Shown in pieces: positions 38,213-48,407 of a stretch of DNA of 64,000 bases. Below the pieces are notes generated by a model. It did no database searches, was not told where the DNA came from, and saw only the letters and a program-made list of their open reading frames with translations. Each line of letters starts with the position of its first letter. Positions within the stretch are counted from its first letter, which is position 1. The stretch comes from Fibrobacteria bacterium (GTDB lineage Bacteria > Fibrobacterota > Fibrobacteria > UBA11236), in assembly GCA_043732185.1 (NCBI GenBank), contig JAYTHY010000074.1, positions 20,851 through 84,850 on the forward strand, read 5' to 3'. The position numbers and the translations under genes are program-made.

Positions 38213-39172
38213 TTAAACGCCCACGCCTTCGAAAAGAATACTGGAAATATAGCGCTCGCCGGAATCCGGAAGGATGACCACAATGGTCTTGCCGGCATAC
38301 TTTGGCTGTTGAGCCAAACGCACGGCTACCGCTGCCGCCGCGCCACAGGAGATGCCCGATAGAATCCCTTCCTCCAAGGTCAGCCTTTTTGCGAATTGAA
38401 TGGCTTCAGCACTATCCACCTGTTCAACGCGATCCACCATGGATAAATCCAAATTATCAGGAACAAAGCCAGCGCCAATACCCTGGATTTTATGAGGCCC
38501 CGGTTTTATTTCTTCCCCGGCAAGTTTTTGGGAAATCACGGGGCTTTCTTTGGGTTCAACGGCGATGGACTCGATGGCCCTTCCCTTGTTTTTTTTGATG
38601 AAGCGCGATATTCCCGATAGCGTTCCACCCGTTCCGACTCCCGAGACCAGTACATCGATTTTGCCTTCCGTATCGTTCCAAATTTCCGGACCTGTGGTGG
38701 CTTCATGAATGGCCGGATTTGCTGGATTTTTAAATTGCTGAGGCATGTAATACTCGTGCGGAGCAGCGGCAGCCATTTCTTCAGCGCGTTTTATCGCGCC
38801 CTTCATGCCTTCTGCGCCCGGAGTCAGTACTAGAGTTGCTCCAAAAGCCGCAAGTACCCGGCGTCTTTCCAAGCTCATGGTTTCTGGCATGGTTAACGTC
38901 AACGCATATCCGCGGGCCGCGGCCACAAAGGCCAATGCAATCCCTGTATTGCCGCTGGTGGGTTCAAGTATTTTTGTTCCAGGTTTGATCAGCCCACGTT
39001 TTTCTGCATCATTGATCATGGCTACACCAATACGGCACTTTACGGAATAGGCTGGATTGCGTCCTTCAATTTTGGCCAGCACAATCGCCTGACTGTTTCC
39101 TACAATGCGATTGAGTTTGATAAGCGGCGTATGCCCAATTGACTCGGAGTTGTCTTTAAAAATGTTTGTCAT
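38213..39172 (-). CDS. cysK: cysteine synthase A (O-acetylserine sulfhydrylase)
   Basis: ..[69 protein letters not shown].. carries the PLP-lysine region (SVKCR) and the GNTGIA loop. 319 aa. Confidence 0.92.
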   Translation of the reverse strand: MTNIFKDNSESIGHTPLIKLNRIVGNSQAIVLAKIEGRNPAYSVKCRIGVAMINDAEKRGLIKPGTKILEPTSGNTGIALAFVAAARGYALTLTMPETMSLERRRVLAAFGATLVLTPGAEGMKGAIKRAEEMAAAAPHEYYMPQQFKNPANPAIHEATTGPEIWNDTEGKIDVLVSGVGTGGTLSGISRFIKKNKGRAIESIAVEPKESPVISQKLAGEEIKPGPHKIQGIGAGFVPDNLDLSMVDRVEQVDSAEAIQFAKRLTLEEGILSGISCGAAAAVAVRLAQQPKYAGKTIVVILPDSGERYISSILFEGVGV

Positions 39173-39354
39173 GGTGCGTCCTTATGAAAATTTTTGCGCG
39201 TGGTATCCTGTTAGGAATGTGCTTTTTTCCCCGATTTCTGGCAACACTTCAATATTCAAATGCGTCCGTCCACAAGCAAAACTTCGTTGCATATCGATGG
39301 CTGAGGAAGTAGGATAAGAATCAGTTGGCATTGGTATCAAGAATGGGGTTTCAA

Positions 39355-40800
39355 ATGTTAAAATATGCCTGCGCTTTGTCCCTTTTCATCTTGTTCTCCT
39401 TCTATGCCCTTTCAGCAAAACCGCTTTATGTTTCCGCTGCAGCAGCAGCCGGTGGCGATGGAAGTTTAAACAGGCCCTATGCAACATTGCAAAAAGCCGC
39501 GGATGTAACCCAGCCAGGCGATACGGTTTACGTTATGAACGGCACGTATTCCAATGGCGGAACGGATAATGTGGTTCTCCTTTCACATTCCGGAACGGCT
39601 TCACAATGGATTGTTTTTATCGCTTACCTTAATCACAAACCCCGCTTGTCGTTTACAGGCTGGGGCGGATTCAGGAGCCAAAGTGCGGCTTACATTGAAA
39701 TCAATGGCTTCGAAATTGTCGGAAACCGAGACAACCTTACCTTAGATTTCGCCAAGTCTCATGGAGGGACGGCGGAGACGGGTGGATCGGGCATCGAGTT
39801 CGATGGGCGTGGACAACAAAATCATCCACATCATATCCGCATCCTTAACAATTCCATTTTCAAATGTCCGGGAGCAGGCATCAGCATGATCCAAAGCGAC
39901 TATATCACGGTGGATAACAATAAAATCTGGGGCAACGCCTGGTACTCGCAATGGGCGCATAGCGGTTGTACGATATACCAAAGCTGGGGAATCGATACGA
40001 ATACCACCACCAAAATTTTTGTGACACGCAATTTAGTTTATGATAATCGGTCCCTAGTCAATTGGGTTGTCACCAGCGCATTATCAGACGGCAACGGAAT
40101 TATTTTCGACGATTCCAAACACACCCAGAATGGCTCCACCCACGGCGTGTATGCGGGCAGAACCCTTATCGCGAATAATATTTCCTTCAATAACGGAGGC
40201 GCTGGCATCCATTCCTTTTCAAGCGCACATGTGGATATCGTGAATAACACCGGCTATTACAATGGGCAGGTGGTCAATTATGCCAACATTTATGCGGTGG
40301 ACAGCAAGGACGTACGGGTTTTGAATAATGTGATGGTTTCCGCGCCTGGCAAACCGTTGACATGGAATAGCGGTGACACAAATGTAACGTACGATTACAA
40401 CGTCTATTACGGAGATCAGCAACCTATCGTCATGGGCCCGCATGACATTAAGGAAAATCCACTTTTTGTTAATGCCTCCATCGATCCATTGGTGGCGAAC
40501 TTCCACATCTCTCAAGGAAGCCCCGCCATTGATAAGGGGACGTCTGCGCTGACTCTTGTTTCCGATTATGAAGGCAGGCCCAGGCCGCAAAACGGCCTTA
40601 TGGATATCGGGGCTTATGAGTATACTGCGGCTTCCCTAGTACGCATGCCACATGCTAATTTTGGTTCAACTAGGCGCGAAGAAGCGGGAGCGCAGGATGC
40701 ATTCCGATTTAGTCATGGGAAATCGCAGGTGCTTTTTTTTGAAAATGGGATGTGGTTTAATTTAATCGGCAACCTGAATGCCACGTTTAAGTCGCCATAG
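39355..40800 (+). CDS. secreted right-handed parallel beta-helix (pectate-lyase-fold) protein
   Basis: Signal peptide MLKYACALSLFILFSFYALSA. Repeated N..I/V..N beta-helix rungs (ILNNSIFKC, VDNNKIWGN, IANNISFNNGGAGIH, IVNNTGYYNG, VLNNVMVS). C-terminal SPAIDKG...DIGAYEY motif common to this family. Confidence 0.7.
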   Translation: MLKYACALSLFILFSFYALSAKPLYVSAAAAAGGDGSLNRPYATLQKAADVTQPGDTVYVMNGTYSNGGTDNVVLLSHSGTASQWIVFIAYLNHKPRLSFTGWGGFRSQSAAYIEINGFEIVGNRDNLTLDFAKSHGGTAETGGSGIEFDGRGQQNHPHHIRILNNSIFKCPGAGISMIQSDYITVDNNKIWGNAWYSQWAHSGCTIYQSWGIDTNTTTKIFVTRNLVYDNRSLVNWVVTSALSDGNGIIFDDSKHTQNGSTHGVYAGRTLIANNISFNNGGAGIHSFSSAHVDIVNNTGYYNGQVVNYANIYAVDSKDVRVLNNVMVSAPGKPLTWNSGDTNVTYDYNVYYGDQQPIVMGPHDIKENPLFVNASIDPLVANFHISQGSPAIDKGTSALTLVSDYEGRPRPQNGLMDIGAYEYTAASLVRMPHANFGSTRREEAGAQDAFRFSHGKSQVLFFENGMWFNLIGNLNATFKSP

Positions 40801-40896
40801 GTGAGGTGGTTCAGAATTTTATTCACAATCAAAAAATAATGGGTACCTTTTCCAAAAAAAATGGTACGGTTAGCTAACCACTGGAATTGGGATTTT

Positions 40897-42492
40897 ATGA
40901 AAACACGAATGAATGCGTTTTTGGGAGTATTAGTAAGCATCGGATTTGCCAACAATATTAATACGGGTGGCCTTTCTGGGGTCAACACCACCTACTCTGC
41001 GTATAGCATTGGGCAGGGCAGTTATCAATTGGGTTTGTCGCTCAAAGGTGAGTATGGGAACAAGGCCTTGGAGGAATTTTTGCCCTCCGGCTCCCACAAT
41101 ATTGCAGACGTCAATTTATTTACCCAAGACCTGAGTATCGCCTTGGGTGTAACCAATTGGATGGATATCGGACTGGATGTCCCCTTTTTCGAAGACGTGA
41201 TTCCCGGGTTTGAAAATGGCACCACCGGTTTGGGCGACATGGCAGTGGCCTTGAAGTTGATGCATCCGGGAATGGAACCGACAGCCTTGATTCGTTTGGC
41301 CTACATCATGCGAGTCAGCCTTCCCACGGGAGATCCAGCGGCGGGTTATTATGCACGAGATCCCCAGTATTCGCATGTGAGCGTTTTCAATACGAGTGGC
41401 GCATTTACTTCCGATGGGTACAGCCTCAATCCTATGTTGGCATGGACTTTTGATTTTACTCGACTCAAAACACCAAAGCCCTTGCTTGTGCATGTCAACT
41501 TCGGTATGGATGCTTTGATTTGGACGAAAAAAGCTGCAAACATTCCAGAGGAGAACTCCGCCATGCTGGGTGGTCTCGCGTTGGAATGGTTGGCGCACAA
41601 AGACTGGAGTTTGTTCCTCGATTTCTATGGCAAGTCCCGTATCATCAATGTGACTGCCGGTCCATTTTTGGATATTTTCGCCAGAGACCAGCTCAACTTG
41701 GCCATCGGAACCAAAAAAGTGTACGCATCTGGATGGTCGACGGCGCTGTCCTTTGAAGGCAGCCTATCTACGCAGGAAAACCGAACCAAATGGTCCACCA
41801 ATCATAGCGGGGATGGCGTTAAAAACTATATGCTTCAGCCCACTCCCATCCTTGCAGCCACGCTGAGCATTGGCTTTGGAGGTGTCGGTAAAAATGCGGA
41901 TTCAGACTTTGATGAAAACCCCAATGCCACTGACAAGTGCCCGAATGATGCGGAAGACTACGACGGCTACCAAGATGAAGACGGTTGCCCCGATCCCATC
42001 CATATTCCCATTGCCCCAGTGGTAGTGCGGGACACCGTGGTGCAGACCATTCGTGACACGGTTAGACTAGTCCGCAGTGATACAGTGCGTGTTGCCGTTG
42101 TCGACAGCTTAGCTTACAAAACGCAGCAGGATCCCAATGCCATTTTCGGATTTGGAAAGACGACTTTTCCATCCATCACTTTCCGGACAGCATCGGATTC
42201 ACTCAATCTAACGTCCTTTAAAACCTTGAACGATATTGCACAATCCATCAAAAACTTCCCGGATGTAACTCTTCAGGTTATCGGCTATACGGACAAAACC
42301 GGCAGCGAGGAGACCAACATGGCCTTATCCAAGGCTAGAGCAGAAACCGTGGTCCGCTACCTGGTCAGTCATGGGGCGGATGCAAATCACTTGCAACCCA
42401 TTGGATTGGGGGCGACCAACCCCGTAGGCAGCAATACTTCGGCTGGAGGTCGATTCTTAAATCGCCGGGTGGAATTCAAGCGCATCAAGTGA
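40897..42492 (+). CDS. OmpA-family outer-membrane protein: N-terminal barrel-like domain, thrombospondin-type-3 Ca-binding repeats, C-terminal OmpA domain
   Basis: Signal peptide MKTRMNAFLGVLVSIGFA. TSP3-like DSDFDENPNATDKCPNDAEDYDGYQDEDGCPD. OmpA_C: ..TFRTASDSLN..LQVIGYTDKTGSEETNMALSKARAETVVRYLVSHG..NRRVEFKRIK. Confidence 0.85.
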   Translation: MKTRMNAFLGVLVSIGFANNINTGGLSGVNTTYSAYSIGQGSYQLGLSLKGEYGNKALEEFLPSGSHNIADVNLFTQDLSIALGVTNWMDIGLDVPFFEDVIPGFENGTTGLGDMAVALKLMHPGMEPTALIRLAYIMRVSLPTGDPAAGYYARDPQYSHVSVFNTSGAFTSDGYSLNPMLAWTFDFTRLKTPKPLLVHVNFGMDALIWTKKAANIPEENSAMLGGLALEWLAHKDWSLFLDFYGKSRIINVTAGPFLDIFARDQLNLAIGTKKVYASGWSTALSFEGSLSTQENRTKWSTNHSGDGVKNYMLQPTPILAATLSIGFGGVGKNADSDFDENPNATDKCPNDAEDYDGYQDEDGCPDPIHIPIAPVVVRDTVVQTIRDTVRLVRSDTVRVAVVDSLAYKTQQDPNAIFGFGKTTFPSITFRTASDSLNLTSFKTLNDIAQSIKNFPDVTLQVIGYTDKTGSEETNMALSKARAETVVRYLVSHGADANHLQPIGLGATNPVGSNTSAGGRFLNRRVEFKRIK

Positions 42493-42517
42493 TTCAAATT
42501 TTAGACGCGGCGGCCTT

Positions 42518-43261
42518 TCAACGGCCGCTCGTTTTCACGCTCCATGCATAGCCCAAATGCATGTGCATCGATTCCGCTGTAATGGAACCCCTTAAGCCCG
42601 ACATTAAGGATTGTGGTTCCCGCTTGGTATCGAGCCCCATAAATACCTCCCCACCACCCAACTGATGCCCGTATTCTAATCCCAAGAGCCGTCCAGAATG
42701 CGTGGATCGATATTCGACATAGGGCCTGTTGTCATAGGGTTCACTATCTACAGTCCACGCCACATCGCCACGATCAAGAGCCGCGCGGAATACACCAATT
42801 TGCACCTGAAAATGCTGAACTTGGCTGTACCAACCCATGCCGAGCAACAATGGCCAAATTGTGTAACTCAATTCCGTATTGGATTTTAAAGTATGTGGAA
42901 AGGGATTGCCGGGAAAGCTTACGGTTTGTTCCTGGGTTTTTAAGCCATACACTTCTCTTCTGGGCGCAAGCGTCAAAGTAATACCATGCTTCCAACGCGC
43001 CGACACCATGGCTCCAAAACTGGATGAAATGTCCATATCTGCTTGCGCTGGAGCGGGCTTTATCAAAGCCTCGTAATCTGGTGAAGTAATGAATTTAGAG
43101 GCGGTAACCCCAATGTGCGGACCGAAAAGAAATTGCACCGGCAACCATCCTGAATGGTTATTTGAATCCACGTCTGCGCTATGTGCGGGCAGCGCATGCA
43201 TCATGAGAGTAGCAAAAAGTACAGAGGTAAAGAAAGTGATAGAGGAAATTTGCGACTTCAT
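42518..43261 (-). CDS. secreted hypothetical protein (possible small beta-barrel)
   Basis: Signal peptide MKSQISSITFFTSVLFATLMMHALPAHSA. Its start overlaps the stop of the upstream 761-aa gene by 4 nt, suggesting an operon. Confidence 0.5.
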   Translation of the reverse strand: MKSQISSITFFTSVLFATLMMHALPAHSADVDSNNHSGWLPVQFLFGPHIGVTASKFITSPDYEALIKPAPAQADMDISSSFGAMVSARWKHGITLTLAPRREVYGLKTQEQTVSFPGNPFPHTLKSNTELSYTIWPLLLGMGWYSQVQHFQVQIGVFRAALDRGDVAWTVDSEPYDNRPYVEYRSTHSGRLLGLEYGHQLGGGEVFMGLDTKREPQSLMSGLRGSITAESMHMHLGYAWSVKTSGR

Positions 43262-45489
43262 TTCCGGCTTCCTACGTTAAGCGTGAAACTTTGCATCCCG
43301 CGCGGTCCCCGTAGTACAAGGAAGAGTCGCACTTGTCCCAAGTTCTGAAGCCGTTCCAACGGAATGGCAAAGCCACCTCCACTTCGGAACTCAGCCAAGG
43401 AAAGGCTTAGGATGAGTCGCCCGCGAAGGTCGTACACTTCCAGGTTGGGCAATCTTCCCACGGTCCAAAGGAGTTTCCCCTGCCCCTCTATCCGCAAGAA
43501 ATTTTTGTCGATGCGGAAAGTTCGCCCGCTCCAAACTTGGATTATTTTGGGAAGAATAGGCGTACCACTTGATCCCGGGATAAAGGCAGAAGCATCTTCT
43601 ATGCCTGCGCCCAAATACGTGCCTTTGGTTAGAATGCCATATCGCATGCCCAAGTCCACTTCCGTCATCTCAGAGATGCGATCGGGATCGGCGGCCCATA
43701 AACGGGCCAAGCCGGAATCGGCCGTTGCATCCAACCGCCGCGGCTTGAGCGTCACGACTCGAGTTTTACGACCGAGGACGTCAATACCTTGAAGTTGCAC
43801 TGTGTCCGCGAAGGGACCGGCTGCTTTAAAAATCGCTTCCCTTTCGGCATTCGAATCGAATGGGAGCATTACAGCTTGGCTGCGCGTGGGAGTAAAGGCA
43901 TTATATTCCACGGAGGTGGGTTGAAAGACCGGGAACAATAGTGGCGGCAGGCCGATAGCCAGTGGTGATTTTACGATTAAGGCGCGTAGATTATCATTGG
44001 CTTTTAATTTCAATGCTGCGTTAAAATCCACTCCTAACCAAGGAGCTAGGACATTGGACAGGGTAACGCTATCGATAACAGATTCGATTAATTTTGGATC
44101 TTGCAAATCGATAAGGCTAGCCGGTGCGGTCCCAATACCAATCATTTCAATGTGTCGCAAAGGTTCAGGCCCCGTACTGAATCCCTTTCGTATCCTATCC
44201 AAGGCGCTTAGAAAGCTGTTCCGGCTTTTCAGAATTTCTCCGGAATCCGCCCAGACAGTTGGAGCCCATTCCGGCTTGTCGTTTTTGAAATCCTTGAAAT
44301 CGGTATAAATCTGCTGTTCGGTAAATTGATCCAAATAGGCCAACAACTTGAGGTAGTCGGCGCTGCCTTCCGCGGCTGGAGGGAAGAAAGTATCCGTAAA
44401 ACCGGGAGCACTGCGCATCAAGCCAAAGCAATGGCCCTTTGGCGCATATTCCAGAATGATTTGCTTTAAGGTTTTCGCTTCCAATGCTGCCAGCTGACCC
44501 ATGGCGGACAGCGTTTTCAAACCACCTTGTATTTCCACCAAATTGTAGGGTGGATTCCAGCGCCATAAAAAAGTAACCTCAAGCGGCCGAGACAAAAGAT
44601 TCATTAATGAGTCATTGAGTCCGCCCTTGAAGAGCAAATAATTCCCCTTGGTTTTACCCGACTCGTGTGTGGTGGTTTGCAAAGTGACTACGGTTTTTAT
44701 GTTTTCATCGCGGCGAAATAAAAATTCTTTTTGATACGCCACCGTATGCGATCCGGAGTCATTCAAAGTGATATGGCCGCTGGCACTCAACCACTGAAGG
44801 GAGGGGACATTTTTTGTTTTCTCAAAAAAAGTGATGTGCGCCTGCTTGGGCACATTGCCGGAAGGATGAAACAAAACCGGAATCCGAAGCACGGCGCCAG
44901 GGCCTCCAGGAAAAGGAATATCGTAGGCAATGCGGACTTGCAAGGACGCGCCCAAAGTCAGTTTGGAAAAGGTGGCCTCAAAGCTTACATCGGACAATTG
45001 TTGTAAAAATGCGACGCGGCTATTGAGCGTGCTCTTCAGGGCGGTCGTATCCATAAAGTAATCGTTGAGGCTGTAGGTCATTTTGTGCAGCTTCGCCGTG
45101 AAAATCGTGTCGCTGTGGATCGCTGACAGAGCGTGCACGGCAGCCAAGGGCGGGATGGGCAGGCTTCCCTGCAAAAGAAAGTCTCCTGTGATGTCATGTG
45201 GACGATTCTCGATATTGCCAGTCAAAACGGCTTCCTCAACTACCGTCAGGTAGCTCCCATGAGACGTTAAAGTGAGTGATAGATCCTCCAGAGAAGTAGA
45301 GCCGAGTCGCGTAAGTTCATAGGTGATGCGCGTGCTGTCCACAAGTTCGCCGCCCCCTTTAGGAGTGACCTGCACAATTTCTTTGACTATGCGATAGGTG
45401 TCGAAGTCGAGTGCCGCCACCACCGGGTTTTGGCAGCAGACAAGCGCTGCACCGATTAGAAAAACCTGTCGAGTCGAAGCCAAAAACAT
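43258..45489 (-). CDS. large secreted hypothetical protein with T9SS-like C-terminal sorting tail
   Basis: N-terminal MFLASTRQVFLIGAALVCCQNPVVAA (signal peptide). C-terminal LEVYDLRGRLILSLSL...LGQVRLFLVLRGPRGMQSFTLNV fits the iYDl.Gr.V...GvYfv.l pattern of T9SS C-terminal domains. Confidence 0.55.
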   Translation of the reverse strand: MFLASTRQVFLIGAALVCCQNPVVAALDFDTYRIVKEIVQVTPKGGGELVDSTRITYELTRLGSTSLEDLSLTLTSHGSYLTVVEEAVLTGNIENRPHDITGDFLLQGSLPIPPLAAVHALSAIHSDTIFTAKLHKMTYSLNDYFMDTTALKSTLNSRVAFLQQLSDVSFEATFSKLTLGASLQVRIAYDIPFPGGPGAVLRIPVLFHPSGNVPKQAHITFFEKTKNVPSLQWLSASGHITLNDSGSHTVAYQKEFLFRRDENIKTVVTLQTTTHESGKTKGNYLLFKGGLNDSLMNLLSRPLEVTFLWRWNPPYNLVEIQGGLKTLSAMGQLAALEAKTLKQIILEYAPKGHCFGLMRSAPGFTDTFFPPAAEGSADYLKLLAYLDQFTEQQIYTDFKDFKNDKPEWAPTVWADSGEILKSRNSFLSALDRIRKGFSTGPEPLRHIEMIGIGTAPASLIDLQDPKLIESVIDSVTLSNVLAPWLGVDFNAALKLKANDNLRALIVKSPLAIGLPPLLFPVFQPTSVEYNAFTPTRSQAVMLPFDSNAEREAIFKAAGPFADTVQLQGIDVLGRKTRVVTLKPRRLDATADSGLARLWAADPDRISEMTEVDLGMRYGILTKGTYLGAGIEDASAFIPGSSGTPILPKIIQVWSGRTFRIDKNFLRIEGQGKLLWTVGRLPNLEVYDLRGRLILSLSLAEFRSGGGFAIPLERLQNLGQVRLFLVLRGPRGMQSFTLNVGSRK

Positions 45490-45711
45490 AGAGCCTCCAA
45501 GAATTGAGAATCGGTCCAAACGCTCGGAAAGTAGTAAATGCAATTTTTATGCCAGAGAAAAGAGAACCCAATCAGGCTGATAGAACGCACTAATCCTGCA
45601 AAGCCATAGGCATGCCGGTCAGTATTTGATCGGCACCTTCACTTTCTACACTCCTTCCCATGGCAACCCGTGAAAAAGCTCTTATACTATACGGCACTTA
45701 AGGAGCAGTTG

Positions 45712-46194
45712 ATGCCATATTACGTCATGACCGTACCAACACCCATAGGTCCTTTAGTGCTAGCAGCCACGGAAAATTCCCTGGTGGCACTCGTATGGAA
45801 CCGCACGGAGCTCAAACGCCTGGGAATACTGGCTTGGCAGGAGGATGCGGATCTGCCCCTTTTTAAGGAGGCGACAAAACAGCTTGGCGAATACTTTCAG
45901 GGCGAGCGAAAAGTATTCGCACTTCCCTTGGAATTGACGGGAACGGCATTTCAAAAAAGTGTGTGGAATGAATTGCTCAATATTCCTTTTGGTCAAACCT
46001 GGAGCTATCAAGAAGTGGCCAGTCGAATCGGCAATCCAAAGGCGGTGCGGGCTGTTGGCACCGCCAATGCCAGGAATCCGGTGTGTATTTTAATCCCTTG
46101 TCACCGAGTAGTTCGCCATTCCGGCGAGCTGGGCGGCTATGCCGGCGGCGTTCGCAATAAAGCCTACCTGCTTGAAATGGAATCTGCCCATTAG
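45712..46194 (+). CDS. ogt: methylated-DNA--protein-cysteine S-methyltransferase
   Basis: ..TAFQKSVWNELLNIPFGQTWSYQEVA..GNPKAVRAVGTANARNPVCILIPCHRVV is the PCHRV active-site motif. 160 aa from MPYYV. Confidence 0.9.
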   Translation: MPYYVMTVPTPIGPLVLAATENSLVALVWNRTELKRLGILAWQEDADLPLFKEATKQLGEYFQGERKVFALPLELTGTAFQKSVWNELLNIPFGQTWSYQEVASRIGNPKAVRAVGTANARNPVCILIPCHRVVRHSGELGGYAGGVRNKAYLLEMESAH

Positions 46195-47296
46195 CAATAC
46201 CACTGAACCGGTTCCTGCAGAGATTGTGGCTGCGGGAGAAAATTACATTGGGCAAATACTCCGCTTGGCTTTTGAACATACGCCTTCTCGCGGGGCCGTT
46301 ATTGTGTTTGATACCCAAAGCCCCTTGGCCAGGACTTTAACCGAAGGGTATCGACGCTGCCTGCCCACCGCACAATTTATCGACTTCGAGGCCGAATCCC
46401 CAGAGGTGATTCGCGCAGCGATGGAAGCGTTGGAACCACTGGATTTGGTCATACTCATCCAATCCGCAAATTTTCGACTGGAAGCCTTTCGCCTGCGCGT
46501 AGAACTTTTTAAACGATCCTTAAAAGTCATTGAGCACCCACATCTAGCCCGCATGCAAGGGCAGGAAATCGAGTGGTATATCGATTCTCTGGCCTATGAC
46601 CCAGATTACTTTCGGAAAATAGGATGCGGACTTAAAGAACGCATCGATAAGGCCAGAACGGCACTAGTAGTGAGCGGCGACGGACGCGGTGAAGGACGCA
46701 GCGAAGGACGCGACGACGAATCGGGTGGCGAGGATTGGCTAGAAAAATTGGTGTTCTCTTCCGGTTTTGAATCCGCAAAATTGAATACCGGCGATTACCG
46801 GAATATGAAAAATATCGGAGGTCAATTTCCCATTGGCGAAGTGTTTACGGAAGCGAAGGATTTGCAATCCGTGAATGGACGCGTACGCATTTTTGTTTTT
46901 GCCGATATCACCTTCATGGTCAATCAACCTGCCAAACCCATCACGCTGGTCATTGAGAAAGGTCGGGTTGTGGAGGTTGTCGACACCACACCGGAATTTG
47001 AAAAGGTGTTGGCCAATATCCGAGCCGATGAAGGGGAAGTCTGGGTACGCGAATTCGGTTTCGGGCTCAATCGCGCATTTACTCCGCAGCGCATGGTCAG
47101 AGATATCGGCACTTTAGAGCGCATGTGCGGCATCCATCTTTCCCTTGGTGCCAAACACGCGGTGTATCAAAAGCCTGCATTTAAACGCAAGGACGGAAGA
47201 CACCATGTGGATGTTTTTGTCGTTACCGATTCCGTTCTATTGGATGACGAAATCGTTTTTAAGGATGGAGCCTGGGTACTTCCCGCTGCGGTTTAA
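46139..47296 (+). CDS. putative peptidase (aminopeptidase-like, possibly M29 family)
   Basis: 385-aa cytoplasmic ORF. The family assignment rests on size and my recollection of M29-like blocks, not a verified motif. It lies next to a dipeptide epimerase, which fits peptide recycling. The ATG at 46139 overlaps ogt by 56 nt; an alternative GTG at 46226 is possible. Confidence 0.35.
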   Translation: MPAAFAIKPTCLKWNLPISNTTEPVPAEIVAAGENYIGQILRLAFEHTPSRGAVIVFDTQSPLARTLTEGYRRCLPTAQFIDFEAESPEVIRAAMEALEPLDLVILIQSANFRLEAFRLRVELFKRSLKVIEHPHLARMQGQEIEWYIDSLAYDPDYFRKIGCGLKERIDKARTALVVSGDGRGEGRSEGRDDESGGEDWLEKLVFSSGFESAKLNTGDYRNMKNIGGQFPIGEVFTEAKDLQSVNGRVRIFVFADITFMVNQPAKPITLVIEKGRVVEVVDTTPEFEKVLANIRADEGEVWVREFGFGLNRAFTPQRMVRDIGTLERMCGIHLSLGAKHAVYQKPAFKRKDGRHHVDVFVVTDSVLLDDEIVFKDGAWVLPAAV

Positions 47297-47301
47297 GACT
47301 T

Positions 47302-48396
47302 TTAGACAACACGGCTCTCGCATTCAGCTAAAAAATCCGGATCAATGTCCGCTGCAATACCGGGCTCATCACTAACCTCCAAATGGAATCCCCGATATTT
47401 TGCACCGCCTAAAACCGGGTCCACTTTCTGTCCCAAAAGACATGTGTCCAAATCATAAAAAACAAAACTATCATGCGCCATCGCCAAGTGCACTTTGGCC
47501 GTGAGCGCTAGCCTGCTTTCCAGCATCCCGCCCAGCATACAGGAAACGCCGTAACGTCTGGCCGTATCCGCGATGCGCATCGCTTCCAGGATGCCACCGG
47601 ATTTAGCCAGCTTGACATTGATATAGTCGAGAGATTGGGACTCGATGAGCCGAATCGCGTCGTAATGATTGAAAACGCTTTCATCCGCCATAATTCGAAT
47701 GGGTGATTGTTTGCGCAAATTGGGAAGCAAGGAATCAAAATGATGGTGGATGGGCTGCTCGCAGAATTGAATGTCGAAACCAGCCATGGCCTGAAGGGAT
47801 TTTACTGCCGTGTCAAAATCCCATCCTTGATTGGCATCAATCCTCAGGGCAATGCTGTTTCCCACTGCTTCGCGTATGAGGCGCACCCGCTCCACATCTT
47901 CTTCCCCAGATTTTCCCACTTTGATTTTGAGGGTTTTGACTCCTTGCTTGACAAAATCCTTGGCGGACTCCACCATCTTGGATGGTGTATTCATCCCAAT
48001 AGTCTAGTCCGTCTCAATGGGTTTTTTGCTCCCACCGAGAAAGCGGTACAGCGGCAGCCCAGCCTTTTTGGCAGCGATATCATGCAAGGCCATGTCGAAG
48101 GCACTTTTAATGGTGGCGTTGAAGGCAATATAGGCATGGATTTCTTTCATGCGCGTTTGAATATCAAACGGGTCTTTTCCTTTAATGATCCTGGCTAAAT
48201 CGCCGCCCACAGCAAAACAGGTGCTTTGGGTTTCTCCCACCAGCATCGGGAAAGCCGAACATTCTCCCATGCCAATCAATCCCTCGGTGGTATGGATTCT
48301 AATAAATGTGTTTTGGGCCACAGTGGCGACTTCCGTCGCGATAACGAACGGCTCCATCGGAAGCGCCAATTTGAAAATCTCGGTATGGGAAATCAT
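47302..48396 (-). pseudogene. enolase-superfamily dipeptide (L-Ala-D/L-Glu-type) epimerase interrupted by one in-frame TAG at 48004-48006
   Basis: N-terminal part ..MGECSAFPMLVGETQ..AFDMALHDIAAKKAGLPLYRFLGGSKKPIETD, then TAG, then TIGMNTPSKMVESAKDFVKQGVKTLKIKVG.. in the same frame. The stop replaces the Tyr of the conserved ..TDYTI.. block (TAY to TAG, one substitution). Catalytic KxK (LKIKVG), D (RIDANQGW), E (FCEQP), D (IMADES) and K (VKLAKSGG) are all intact. Confidence 0.7.
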
Positions 48397-48407
48397 GGTG
48401 TCCTTTC

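Noticed and set aside
42518-43261. Possibility that the 247-aa secreted protein is a PorP/SprF T9SS membrane protein
   Set aside because: It lacks the conserved N-terminal QQDP.FSQY-type motif and is shorter than typical PorP/SprF. Left as an unknown secreted protein.
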